64,000 bases of DNA, taken from positions 24,577-88,576 of IMG/VR virus record IMGVR_UViG_2939311655_000001. One strand, written 5' to 3'. The stretch's first letter is position 1. Each line of letters begins with the position of its first letter. A program made the position numbers and the translations under genes. Positions 35,895 through 44,890 of the stretch are shown piece by piece. Below the pieces are notes generated by a model. It made no database searches, was not told where the DNA came from, and saw only the letters and a list, made by a program, of their open reading frames with translations. This DNA is from a virus (Duplodnaviria > Caudoviricetes).

Positions 35895-36989
35895 GTGACA
35901 ACAACAGAGAACCTCTCGCCGCGCTCGCGGGCGGCATGGGACTTGTTTCGGAAGCGGATCGTCCGACTTGGTGGCCAGGTCATCGAGCCAGAATGGCGAG
36001 GAGCGACCGCACGACATCGAGTGAAGTGCCCCGCAGGTCACGACTCTCTCGTTAAACCTCACCTAATCCTGCGGCGGCGCAGGCTATGCCTTGAGTGCCC
36101 ACTTCCCTCATCTATCGAAGCCTGGGAGAAGTTCCGGGCGCGGGTGGAGGGACTGGGTGGGGAAGTCCTCGACACGACATGGCAGGGAAGTCGACAAACC
36201 TATGCGGTCAGATGCCCTGCGGGCCATGTGAATCAAATCTGGCCCATCGGGCTGCATCAGAGCCACGGCATCTGCCTCGCATGCGTCGGAAACAGCCCTA
36301 AGGCGGCATGGGAGGGCTTTCAATCTCTCGTCAAGCAGCTAGGTGGAGTGGTTGTCGAGGAAGCCTGGAAGGGCAAAGACGAACCGCACGCGTGCCTGTG
36401 CCCTCAAGGGCACGAGTGCGCCCCCCGCCCCGGACACTTACGCAGAGGGACCGGCATGTGCCTCACGTGTGCTGGCAGGGATCCCGATGTCGCCATGGCG
36501 GCGTTTCGCGCCCGGGTCAAAGAGCTTGGCGGCGAAGTGCTTGAGCCGGCCTGGCTTGGCAACGTGACGCCGCATCGGGTTCGTTGCTCCAAGGGCCACG
36601 AAACCACGCCCGCCCCGAGCTCCGTACAGCAAGGGAACGGCATCTGTCGCAAATGCGCCGGCAAAGTGTGGGATGTGTTCTATGTTGTCGCCGACGAGGT
36701 CCACGACACCGTGAAGTTCGGTATCACGTCAGGAGATCCGCGCCCCCGACTCAAGACCCATGGGCGGGATGGCTTTGAGCGCGTCATCCGTCTGGTCGAG
36801 AACCTCCCAGGAGACCTTGCGCCGCGACTGGAACGAGTTGTTCTCACAGCATTACGCGACGCCCGGGAGTCACCCATCCGTGGCGCTGAGTACTTCCCTG
36901 CCCGCACTCTCGGCCTGATCCTCGACTTGGTCGACGGCTGGACAACGACGGTGGAATCAGCCAACGCCTCACCGAATGCCCGCCCCTGA
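35895..36989 (+). CDS. Zinc-ribbon-repeat protein with C-terminal GIY-YIG-like nuclease domain
   Basis: Four repeats of F...V..LGG.V....W.G......C..GH............C..C, then FYVV.....VKFGIT...RPRL..H...LE. Start codon uncertain. Confidence 0.7.
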   Translation: MTTTENLSPRSRAAWDLFRKRIVRLGGQVIEPEWRGATARHRVKCPAGHDSLVKPHLILRRRRLCLECPLPSSIEAWEKFRARVEGLGGEVLDTTWQGSRQTYAVRCPAGHVNQIWPIGLHQSHGICLACVGNSPKAAWEGFQSLVKQLGGVVVEEAWKGKDEPHACLCPQGHECAPRPGHLRRGTGMCLTCAGRDPDVAMAAFRARVKELGGEVLEPAWLGNVTPHRVRCSKGHETTPAPSSVQQGNGICRKCAGKVWDVFYVVADEVHDTVKFGITSGDPRPRLKTHGRDGFERVIRLVENLPGDLAPRLERVVLTALRDARESPIRGAEYFPARTLGLILDLVDGWTTTVESANASPNARP

Positions 36990-37085
36990 AACGCAAACGG
37001 CCGGGCGCTGATACGCCCGGCCAGTTCAACCAGCGAGTCATCAGCTCGCCAGTCAGAGATGCATCCCAATCAGAGGAGTACCTCG

Positions 37086-37502
37086 ATGAACACTGTAGCA
37101 ACCTCCCCTGCCGTCGTCGCGGCCCCTGTCGTATCGGCTCCGATCCCTCCGCATATCCGCCCGGCTTTGGTGAACGGTGTCCGCATTTTCGTGGAGTGCG
37201 AGCCGTGGTGCATTGAGGATCACGTGGCGGCGAATGAGCGCCACCTGGACGACCTGGATCACGGCGGGGAGATGGTGGACTTCCTGGTGCCGGATATGGA
37301 TGGAGAGGCCCAGCTGCTGGGTCATGTCCGGTTGAGTGCGGAGCCGGGCAGTTCCCGTCCCGAGCTGCGCCGCCCGCATCTGCTGGTCGAGGACGGCAGC
37401 GGCTTCACTGTGTTCGTGGCCCTGAAGGATGCCGGCGGGTTTGCGGATGGTCTGGTGGCTGCCGCGGAGCAGGTGCGCGCGATGGCGCGGGCCGCCCGCT
37501 GA
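37086..37502 (+). CDS. DUF6907-like hypothetical protein
   Basis: ECEPWCIEDH.......DLDH...FADGL..AAEQVRAMA; GAGGAG RBS. Confidence 0.65.
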   Translation: MNTVATSPAVVAAPVVSAPIPPHIRPALVNGVRIFVECEPWCIEDHVAANERHLDDLDHGGEMVDFLVPDMDGEAQLLGHVRLSAEPGSSRPELRRPHLLVEDGSGFTVFVALKDAGGFADGLVAAAEQVRAMARAAR

Positions 37503-37626
37503 GCTCCTGTGGTTTCTCTTGGCCGGGCGGCTTCTGCTGCCCGGCCGTTTCCAGATCGGCTCGTTCTCGGGAGCTCTGTGTTTCAGCAGGTGTACGCCGC
37601 ATGCGGCGGCGTGAAGGAGGTGAGTC

Positions 37627-38730
37627 GTGGGCGTTCGTTTGATCGTTGAGGTGTTGGATCATTGGCGGGATGCCGGGCTCACCGCGGGCGAGCGGGACGA
37701 CTTGGTCGTGTTGGCGGAGAACGCGAACGATGGGAGCCGGTTGACGTGGGGGCCGGTTCATGAGCCGTACATTCTGCGGCGTGCCAACAAGTCGGCGGCT
37801 GGGTGGAAGAACTCGATCGGCAAGCTGATCAAGAAGCAGGTTCTTGTTCAGCACGTTCAGGGGCATGTTGGCCAGGCCGCCGTCTATCGGCTGGCGCAGC
37901 TCTGTCCGGAGGCTCCGCATGACGGGTGGAAGGGGCATTGCACCCGGCCGGAAAGGGTCACCTCAGAGGTGACCCTTTCGGAAGGCGACCAGGAAGAGGG
38001 TCACCTCTCAGATGACCCTCAGGGTCACTCCGCAGGTGACCCTCTCGGGCCAAAGGGTCACCTGACAGGTGTGGAAAGGGTCATCTCTCAGGTGACCCCT
38101 ACTCCTCCTGTCTCCTCTTTAAAGACCCCCTCAAAGACCTCCTCCTCCCCCGCGGCGCCGTCGCCGACTGCGAACGTCGGTCCCGAGGACGGCGGCGGTG
38201 GCGGTGTTTCTCCTTCGGAGCAGAATCCGCAAGCCGAACCCCTGGTGGCTGCTCTTGACTTCCGGGGCCGGCCGCCGGGAGTGAAGCAGCGACGGCAGCT
38301 GCTGGCCCTTGTGGCTGCCGCTTTGGACGCCGGCTGGGTGGAGCAGGATTTGAAGGCGTACCTGGATTTGGGGGGTGCCGCGGTGAATTCGGCTGCGGCT
38401 GTGTACGCGCACCGGCTGGACTCGGGTGAGCTCCCGGACCCGGTGACGTTCCGGGAGGCCGCCAGCAGGCCACTGGTGGGCACTGACGCCGCGGTGGATG
38501 GGTGGATGGCCCTGAGCCGTCAGCTTGGCGGGCACAAGCCGTACACGGACACGTGGCGGCAGCTGGATGAGGACGCCCGGTCCGGGGTTCGGCCGGCTGG
38601 GTGGGAGCGGGTGCCGCACTGCGGGGGCCCGGACTGTGACGAGGTCACCCGAACGCATGAGGTGCTGGACGGGCAGGGGCTGCCGTCGTTGCGGATGTGC
38701 TCGGCGTGTCATCCGGCGATGCGGTTCTGA
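37627..38730 (+). CDS. Putative replication initiator (lambda O-like layout) of the transfer module
   Basis: N-terminal winged helix (LTAGER..LVVLAENAND..R), central low-complexity region encoded by iterons, C-terminal HCG..CDEVTR....C..CHP; AAGGAGG RBS. Confidence 0.75.
   Translation: MGVRLIVEVLDHWRDAGLTAGERDDLVVLAENANDGSRLTWGPVHEPYILRRANKSAAGWKNSIGKLIKKQVLVQHVQGHVGQAAVYRLAQLCPEAPHDGWKGHCTRPERVTSEVTLSEGDQEEGHLSDDPQGHSAGDPLGPKGHLTGVERVISQVTPTPPVSSLKTPSKTSSSPAAPSPTANVGPEDGGGGGVSPSEQNPQAEPLVAALDFRGRPPGVKQRRQLLALVAAALDAGWVEQDLKAYLDLGGAAVNSAAAVYAHRLDSGELPDPVTFREAASRPLVGTDAAVDGWMALSRQLGGHKPYTDTWRQLDEDARSGVRPAGWERVPHCGGPDCDEVTRTHEVLDGQGLPSLRMCSACHPAMRF
37951..38098. repeat. Iteron array GGGTCA-N9-TGACCC (putative origin)
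   Basis: Full copies start at 37955, 37998, 38022 and 38078, with a partial copy at 38055. The first extends to a 29-bp palindrome (37951-37979). Confidence 0.8.
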
Positions 38731-38751
38731 GGGTTAATGGTCAACGTCCAG

Positions 38752-38797
38752 CTATGGCACCCCCACCATTGACACACTATGGCAGGGGTGCCATAGT
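38752..38797 (+). promoter_or_regulatory. Promoter TTGACA-N17-CATAGT with overlapping palindromic operator
   Basis: CTATGGCA-GGGG-TGCCATAG at 38777-38796 and an extra site CTATGGCACCCC at 38752-38763. Confidence 0.65.
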
Positions 38798-38844
38798 CAT
38801 GGATGTCGGGAGGCGCAAGGCCCCCCATGACGAGGGGACAGGCC

Positions 38845-39360
38845 ATGCGACCGATCACCGGCACCGACATCATCGACTTCTACAACTCCCGCGACGGCGG
38901 CATCCTCTCCCTCAGCGCAGGCGGTGAGTACGTCAGCATCAACGCCGCTTGGATCACCGAGGGCACCCCCTCCGCCTACGCCTACGTCACCACCGACGAA
39001 GGCGAATTCCAGACCCTCCTCAGCGCCAGCACGATCACCGATGGCGACTGGTACCCCGACGCGCTCGACGACAACGGCAAGCTCCTCCCGGCCGTGGCCG
39101 ACGAGATGGCCGACATCATCAACCGGGACGGCATCGTTCCCAGCCGTGCCCGCAAGGCCATTCGCGCTGGCGAGGAGTGGACGAAGGCTGACCAGGAAGC
39201 CACGAAGCTCGCCGCCCAACGAGCTGCGGCCGTCACCGAAGTCGTGGCCTACTGCGGCGGCAACCAGACCAAGGCCGGCATCGTCCTCGGCCTGGACCAG
39301 TCCACGGTGAACAAGCTCGTCGCGAAGCACCGCCGGGCATCCGCCGCGGAAACCGTCTGA
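38845..39360 (+). CDS. Hypothetical protein with C-terminal HTH
   Basis: GGNQTKAGIVLGLDQSTVNKLV. Confidence 0.75.
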   Translation: MRPITGTDIIDFYNSRDGGILSLSAGGEYVSINAAWITEGTPSAYAYVTTDEGEFQTLLSASTITDGDWYPDALDDNGKLLPAVADEMADIINRDGIVPSRARKAIRAGEEWTKADQEATKLAAQRAAAVTEVVAYCGGNQTKAGIVLGLDQSTVNKLVAKHRRASAAETV

Positions 39361-39374
39361 CCCGCCCGCACACA

Positions 39375-39413
39375 GCTGCGCCCCCGCCCGGTCTCCCGGT
39401 GCGGGGGCGCAGC
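39375..39413. terminator. Terminator hairpin between convergent units
   Basis: 13-bp stem GCTGCGCCCCCGC/GCGGGGGCGCAGC. Confidence 0.6.
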
Positions 39414-39423
39414 GCTGTGCGGG

Positions 39424-39903
39424 TCACTCCTGGTGGCACCCGCACACGCGCGGTGCCTCGCAGAATTTGCACTCGGCCGGCTTCTTCGCCCCGGCTTTCC
39501 CGGTCTTCCCCTGGCAGTAGGCGTGTTCGCCGTGGAGGCAGCCGGTGGCCAGGTAGGTGTGGGTGGAGGCCGTCTCGCTGAGTCGCCGGCCGCACTTGGG
39601 TCCTTCGAGCCAGGCGAGGACTTCGCCGGTCTGTACTTCGCCTTGCCCGGGGCTGGCCTTCTGGTTCCGTTCCCGGATCGCGCACTGCTCGCGCACCCAG
39701 GCCCGCGCGTCTTCGGACTGGTACAGCTCGGCGGCGAGCCGTTCGACCTCGCCGAAGAGGTCGGGGCCGTTGATGGGCCTGTGGAGGTCGGGCCGGTCGC
39801 AGCAGGTGTCGAACCCGCCGTGACAGTCGGACTCCACCTCGCCGGCGGTCGGGCAGTAGTAGGTGGTGGCTCCGGGCTTGCAGACGTGGTCGGCGGTGGT
39901 CAT
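39424..39903 (-). CDS. Cys-rich hypothetical protein
   Basis: Two Cys/His clusters (YYCPT....DCHGGFDTCCD; YLATGCLHG.H.YC...CKFC). Confidence 0.65.
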   Translation of the reverse strand: MTTADHVCKPGATTYYCPTAGEVESDCHGGFDTCCDRPDLHRPINGPDLFGEVERLAAELYQSEDARAWVREQCAIRERNQKASPGQGEVQTGEVLAWLEGPKCGRRLSETASTHTYLATGCLHGEHAYCQGKTGKAGAKKPAECKFCEAPRVCGCHQE

Positions 39904-40236
39904 CGCTTCTTCCTTCGTGCTGCTCGCCGTGTGGCCCGGTTGGCCTGGGGCTGGGGTGCGTTGTCGGGGATGACGTGTTCGCCGGTGGTGCGGAGTTCGG
40001 TCTCCCATCCGGTGCCGGGTTGGCCGGCGTGTTCGCCGCGGGGGCTGCTCGATGGTCTGCTCACAGGTACCTCCCGGTGGGCACCGTCCGGACCCTGCGC
40101 CGGCGCCGCTTCTTGTGCATGTCGGAGCGTTGGACGAGTCGTGTGGCGGGCCGGCTGTAGTCGACGGGGATGCGCCGCATGCGGGGGACCGTGGCGGCGA
40201 GTTCGTCGGGGAGCCACAGCGGATCCTGGAAGTCGT

Positions 40237-40413
40237 TCACCGGCCGGCCTCTCTCTCGGTGCGGAGTTTCCCGTCGGGGGTGAGGTGTCCGTCGGCGCCG
40301 GCGAGCATGAGCATCGCCCGGTGAAGGACGGTGGTGGGTGACTCGCCGCGGTATCGGCGGAGCAGCCGGGACGTGTCGGGGTCGAGGCGGACAGTCAGCG
40401 GGCGGACGGGCAT
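40237..40413 (-). CDS. Small RHH-like protein
   Basis: PLTVRLDPDT..LL.......T.VL.RA. Confidence 0.45.
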   Translation of the reverse strand: MPVRPLTVRLDPDTSRLLRRYRGESPTTVLHRAMLMLAGADGHLTPDGKLRTEREAGR

Positions 40414-40481
40414 GGTGGCTCCTTGCTGGGGCGGGTGGCGTGCCGGCCGGGGTGGGGTCCCGGCCGGCGGTGGGGCGTGGG

Positions 40482-41033
40482 TCAGGTGGTGGGCTGCGCG
40501 TCGAGGGCGGTACGGAGGTCGGTGGCGAGGGCCGCGTACAGCTGGCTGTCGTCGACTCGGAGCGCGTTCTCGGCGAACTCCTCCAGGCGGGTGGCGAGCT
40601 TCCGTACCCGCTCGTTGGCGGCCTCGGCGCGTTCGGCGCGCTGCTCCAGTTCGGTGGCGTGGGCTTCCAGGTCTCGGATGCGGCGGGCCCAGGACCGGAA
40701 CTTGGTGACGTTGCTCCGGATGATGGTGCGGCGCGCCTCCAACTGCTCGTACAGCTGGTCGAGGGCGTCGGACGTGAGGTCGTCGAGGGGGATACGCGGG
40801 CTGGCGTCGGTGGCCTTGTCCTGTGCGGTGACCAGTTCGAGGTGGGTGCCGCAGATGGCCAGGATGCGGTCGGCCCAGTCGAGGGTGAGGGTGGCGCGCC
40901 CGGTGAGCATGTGGCTCATGTGCTTGGTGGACAGGCCGAGCTGCCGGGCGGCTTCGGCTTGGCTGATGTGGGCGTCCTTGAGGGCGTCCTTGGTCTGGGT
41001 GCGGATGGTGTCGGCGGTGTGGCGGTCGCTCAT
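40482..41033 (-). CDS. XRE-family HTH fused to coiled coil
   Basis: ISQAEAARQLGLSTKHMSHMLTGR, then LDDLTSDALDQLY coiled coil. Confidence 0.8.
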   Translation of the reverse strand: MSDRHTADTIRTQTKDALKDAHISQAEAARQLGLSTKHMSHMLTGRATLTLDWADRILAICGTHLELVTAQDKATDASPRIPLDDLTSDALDQLYEQLEARRTIIRSNVTKFRSWARRIRDLEAHATELEQRAERAEAANERVRKLATRLEEFAENALRVDDSQLYAALATDLRTALDAQPTT

Positions 41034-41311
41034 CGGGTCGGCCCCTCGGTGGCGTGCAGTACTCCGAGACGGTCAAGCTCGCGGACGACGCTGGAGATCA
41101 ACGCGTCGTGGAAAGCCCCGGCGGTGCACGTTGTCGCGCAGCCGCATGAGGCGCAGCAGCTGTGCTTAGGGCCCGCGCTGGTGTGACCGAGGGCGTCGAG
41201 CCACCAGGTGCTGTTGGCGTGGCCGAAGTGCTGGAGTTCGTCGTCGCTGTCCCAGATGACCATGTCGGCGGGCAGGCGGTCGATCAGGTCGTCGCGTTCG
41301 CCCTCGGTCAT
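41030..41311 (-). CDS. Hypothetical protein
   Basis: ATG after AAGGAG; ATGA-coupled. Confidence 0.5.
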   Translation of the reverse strand: MTEGERDDLIDRLPADMVIWDSDDELQHFGHANSTWWLDALGHTSAGPKHSCCASCGCATTCTAGAFHDALISSVVRELDRLGVLHATEGPTR

Positions 41312-41666
41312 GTCGTGCTCCTTGATCGCGTCGTGGTCGTGTTGTGCGGTGCCGATGTGTCGGCTGTGTGGCCGCACGCGCCCGCGTCCGGGCCTGTGGC
41401 GGGTGCGGTGGCCCTCCCGGAGCACCAGGGCCGTGAGGACGGTCCCAGCGGCCAGGAGAGCCACGTGCGGGGCAAGGTGAGCCAGGGTCACGGGGCGGGG
41501 GTGGCGGCGAGAACGGTGGCTGTGGCGCAGGGCCACGGGACGGGGCGGATGTACCGGTGTGGCTGGTACGCCTCGTCGTAGTGCGTGACCGTGGTGTGGC
41601 AGCGGGCGCACACGGGTCCGTGGTGCTGGTTGGGGGTGGGCTCGTGGCCGAACGTCTCGGGCTGGG

Positions 41667-41966
41667 TCACTTCGGCTCCTCGGACGGGGCGGGGGTGGGT
41701 CCGGGGCAAAGGAACGGGTACGGCGGGTTGGTGCCCTTGCAGGCGGGGCAGTCCTCGGCGTTCGTTCCCTTGGCCAGGTGCACGCGCGGCCCGGCGTACT
41801 TGTCGTGGCCGTTGGGGTTGAGGCGTCGGTCGGCTTCCTCAAGCAGCTCGCGCCACCGGTAGACGTGTCTGGCGCTGATCTCGGTGAGGGCGGCGACCTC
41901 TTCGGCTGTGAGCTCGATGTGGACGCGCTCTTCGCCGGGCACGCGGTTGGTGTAGACGATGTTCAT
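41667..41966 (-). CDS. Hypothetical protein
   Basis: MNIVYTNR...NAEDCPAC..TNPPYPFLCPG; flanked by 23-bp direct repeats. Confidence 0.6.
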   Translation of the reverse strand: MNIVYTNRVPGEERVHIELTAEEVAALTEISARHVYRWRELLEEADRRLNPNGHDKYAGPRVHLAKGTNAEDCPACKGTNPPYPFLCPGPTPAPSEEPK

Positions 41967-43114
41967 GGGGTCGGCTCCTCGGACGGGGCGGGGATCTCGG
42001 TGACGGTGGTCGTTGTCTCGATCAGCCGGTGCTCGTAGCCGGGCCACCGGTCGCGCACCTCGGCCAGCCGCTGGTCGGCCTTCTCGCGGGACTGCCAGGA
42101 CCAGTTGGCCCCGATGCCCGGGGTGTTCGGCCGCCAGGTGCCCTCTTCGAGGTGGCGGTGCTCCAGCCGGTACGAGCGGTGCGCCTCGGTCTCGGGCTGC
42201 TGCGCCTCGTCTCCGTGGACGCACTCGCTCGCCTCGGTGTCGCACGGGCTCTCGGACTGCCGCTCGGCCAGGCAGGTGCCGGACGTGGACGCGGCGCACT
42301 CGGGCTGCTGCGCCTCGTCGGCCATGCGGCGGCGGACGATGATCCCGGGCCCAGTGTCGATCCCGTCGTCGTGGCACTGCACCAGCTCGAACCACTGGTC
42401 GTAGCGGCCGGTCGCCAACCGTTCCTGGGCCACCCACTCCAGGCGGCCTGTCACCTCGGACTGTGACCGCATCCACGCTTCGGCCATGCCCGTTGCGGCG
42501 TCCTGGTCGTTGGCGTAGCCGATGAGGTAGTCGGAGACGTTGCCGGGCTCATACATGGCCTCCCAGGCGGGCAGCACTTCCGCCACGATCCCGGCCCGGT
42601 CGGTGCGCAGCCGCTCCACCTCGGCCCGCAGCGCGGCCCACTCGGTCCGCAGGCCGTCGTAGTCGGTGTCCAGGCGCGTGATGTACCGGCCGTTGTTCTC
42701 CACCTCGGCCCGCAGCGCGGCCTGTTCGGTGTCCGCGACGGCCATGACGGCGTCGGCGATCGCGACGTCGTCCACGCGGCTGGACTCGGCGCGGATCGCG
42801 GCGGCGTACCGGGCCCGGCGGTCGCGGAGGTCGGTGTCCACGGGCGGGGCGGTTGTGGGTGCGGCCACGGTGCCGAGGACCTGCCGGGCCACCACCAACG
42901 CGGCACCCATCACGTCGCACGCGTAGTCCTCGCACGCCGGACGGTCGTGATCGTGCGCCATCTCCGGGTACGCAGCCGCCATGCGAGCCGCCGCACCCAA
43001 CCAGTCGGCGAGGGCGAGACCGAGTTCGTAGTCGATGCCCACCTTCAGGCCGGGCAGGTGGAACGGGTTGCGGATCTGGAACGCGGCGGCGGTGAGTTCT
43101 TCAGCGGGTGTCAC
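41963..43114 (-). CDS. Mosaic hypothetical protein with coiled coil and internal repeats
   Basis: MTPAEEL.AAA...ALADWL; ALRAEVE twice and DEAQQPE twice. Confidence 0.7.
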   Translation of the reverse strand: MTPAEELTAAAFQIRNPFHLPGLKVGIDYELGLALADWLGAAARMAAAYPEMAHDHDRPACEDYACDVMGAALVVARQVLGTVAAPTTAPPVDTDLRDRRARYAAAIRAESSRVDDVAIADAVMAVADTEQAALRAEVENNGRYITRLDTDYDGLRTEWAALRAEVERLRTDRAGIVAEVLPAWEAMYEPGNVSDYLIGYANDQDAATGMAEAWMRSQSEVTGRLEWVAQERLATGRYDQWFELVQCHDDGIDTGPGIIVRRRMADEAQQPECAASTSGTCLAERQSESPCDTEASECVHGDEAQQPETEAHRSYRLEHRHLEEGTWRPNTPGIGANWSWQSREKADQRLAEVRDRWPGYEHRLIETTTTVTEIPAPSEEPTP

Positions 43115-43209
43115 AGGGTGCTCCTGGGTGTGTGCGGGGCGTACCGGGTGAGAGGCTGGGCGCCGGGCCCGCCCCGCTCGATTGGTGCGAGCGGGGCGGG
43201 CTACTGCGT

Positions 43210-43521
43210 TCACGGGGTGGGCTGCCACAGCGGGCAGTTTTGGACGGGGAACCGGTAATCGGCCTCGGGCCCGTCGGGGTGGGTGCACGCCTCGTCCCAG
43301 TCGTTGCACCCGCAGTCGTAGCCGGGGTGGCACTGGTGGCCGTAGTCGTGGGATTCCTGCTGGTGGTGCTCGCAGGTTCCGCAGTTGCGGGCGGTCTTGT
43401 TCTTCAGGCAGCGGCCCATGTGCCACTCGACTCGGGCGGGGTCGGCGCGGGTGTAGCGGCGGCAGTGCGGGCACTGGTGTCGGGTCACGACGACCGGGGC
43501 GGGCAGGTCAACTGCGGTCAC
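43210..43521 (-). CDS. Cys-rich hypothetical protein
   Basis: HQCPHC...HMGRC...CGTCEH...CPLW. Confidence 0.6.
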   Translation of the reverse strand: MTAVDLPAPVVVTRHQCPHCRRYTRADPARVEWHMGRCLKNKTARNCGTCEHHQQESHDYGHQCHPGYDCGCNDWDEACTHPDGPEADYRFPVQNCPLWQPTP

Positions 43522-43748
43522 TGTGCGCTCCTGGTCTGTGCGTTGTGGGCGGCGGTCGGGGTGTGGTCGGGGCAGTAGTCGCGGCCCTCCAGGTCCGTCC
43601 ACCCCTCCTCGGCCACGGCCTTCCGGTGCCGTACCGGTCGCTGCTCGGGCGGGACGCGGTCGAAGAACGAGCTCAGGACGAACTCGGGGCAGAAGCCGTC
43701 AGCGCCGTCACAGGTGGTCTGCAAGGTGGACTCGTTGTTGCTGCGCAT
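43518..43748 (-). CDS. Small zinc-binding protein
   Basis: TCDG....C...EGW....RDYCPDH. Confidence 0.55.
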   Translation of the reverse strand: MRSNNESTLQTTCDGADGFCPEFVLSSFFDRVPPEQRPVRHRKAVAEEGWTDLEGRDYCPDHTPTAAHNAQTRSAQ

Positions 43749-44170
43749 CAGTTCTCTCCGGTCTGCTGGGCCGCGGCGAACGCGGCGGTGCGGGTCTGGT
43801 GGACGTCGTGGCGGCGGGTGCGGGACCCTCCGTGGCTGGTGCAGAGCTGGCCGGCCGCGGACTGGCAGGTGGGGCAGGGGACGGCAACGGCCGGGAAGCG
43901 GGCGGTGTGGTCGGGGTCGACGTGGGTGAGGGCAATGCACGCCCCGTGCCCTTCGACCCAGACGACGGCGGTGTGCCCGCCCAGGACTTCGGCCTTGCTG
44001 CGGGTGCGGGTGGTCAGGCGCTCGTCCTCCGAGTCGTCCTCGGGCCGGCAGCCGGGGTACGCGGTGACCGGGGTGCCGATCGGGTGCAGGCCGTTCCAGC
44101 GGGCCACCGTGGTGGCGGGGCGTTCGGGCATGAAGTGCTCCTGGTTGTCGATGGTGGGCGGGGACGTCAT
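43748..44170 (-). CDS. Hypothetical protein with C-terminal zinc finger
   Basis: [15 protein letters not shown]....[16 protein letters not shown]; CPTC.....C......H..R. Confidence 0.7.
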   Translation of the reverse strand: MTSPPTIDNQEHFMPERPATTVARWNGLHPIGTPVTAYPGCRPEDDSEDERLTTRTRSKAEVLGGHTAVVWVEGHGACIALTHVDPDHTARFPAVAVPCPTCQSAAGQLCTSHGGSRTRRHDVHQTRTAAFAAAQQTGEN

Positions 44171-44715
44171 GCAGGGCAGCCGGGCGAGCAGGGCTGGACC
44201 GGGCTCCCCTCTCCGGCGCCGCCGCGCTTCGACGCAGCGAGAGGGGCGTCGTCGAGGCGCCCATCAACGACGCTGTCGCTCGCGGATATCAGCTGCAGGA
44301 AGGCGTCACGGTGTTGCTCGGCGACGTACCTAATGACGTCTTGGACGCGTTGCCCTGACGGTTGGAACTTGACCCAGAGCTCAAGGTTCTCGATGCGGTT
44401 GTCGTCTCGAACGCCGTTGATGTGGTGGACGTTCTCTCCGGGCTCAAGCCGGCGCCCTAGGTGCTCTTCCATCACGGCCCTGTGCTCGCCGATTACGCGG
44501 CCATCGGCAAGCTTCACCATTACGTAGCCGTCGCGGTGGAAGTAGCGAGTGCCGGGAGCGAGATACCGCCTCCCGAAAGTGCCGTAGTGCCCTGCGCAAT
44601 ACCCCTGGCCGTAGCCCTTGCAATTGCGCTTAACCGGCAGTTCACATCCATCCGCCTTGCAGATCGTTGCCGCCGTTCGCAAACGCGGAGCCTTCTTGCC
44701 GGTGCTCTTGCTCAT
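44167..44715 (-). CDS. HNH homing endonuclease (HNH_3 type)
   Basis: DGYV.......[13 protein letters not shown]...[20 protein letters not shown]. Confidence 0.9.
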   Translation of the reverse strand: MSKSTGKKAPRLRTAATICKADGCELPVKRNCKGYGQGYCAGHYGTFGRRYLAPGTRYFHRDGYVMVKLADGRVIGEHRAVMEEHLGRRLEPGENVHHINGVRDDNRIENLELWVKFQPSGQRVQDVIRYVAEQHRDAFLQLISASDSVVDGRLDDAPLAASKRGGAGEGSPVQPCSPGCPA

Positions 44716-44890
44716 GAGTCGCTCCTGACGTTGTAAGAGTTCGCGCTTCATCGAGCGCCCCACAGCCCGCCTACGGGCCCAGGAGGGGTTTCGGGCTCCC
44801 GCACCCCCAACCGGGGGCTGTACGGCCCGGAGGCGGGCGCGGAGGCAGGTGCGCGGGGTAGGCGATGACCGGTCCCCCTCTCGGAGGCCG

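Noticed and set aside
37951-38098. Possible CRISPR array
   Set aside because: Spacing is irregular and too short, the repeats lie in-frame inside a rep-like gene, and there are no cas genes; they fit iterons.
23934-39423. Independent AICE inserted into the prophage
   Set aside because: I found no integrase, rolling-circle Rep or flanking att-like repeats for the block. Not fully excluded without comparative genomes.
41672-42722. Diversity-generating retroelement template/variable repeats
   Set aside because: Repeats are short and exact, with no adenine-specific mismatches, and there is no reverse transcriptase in the window.
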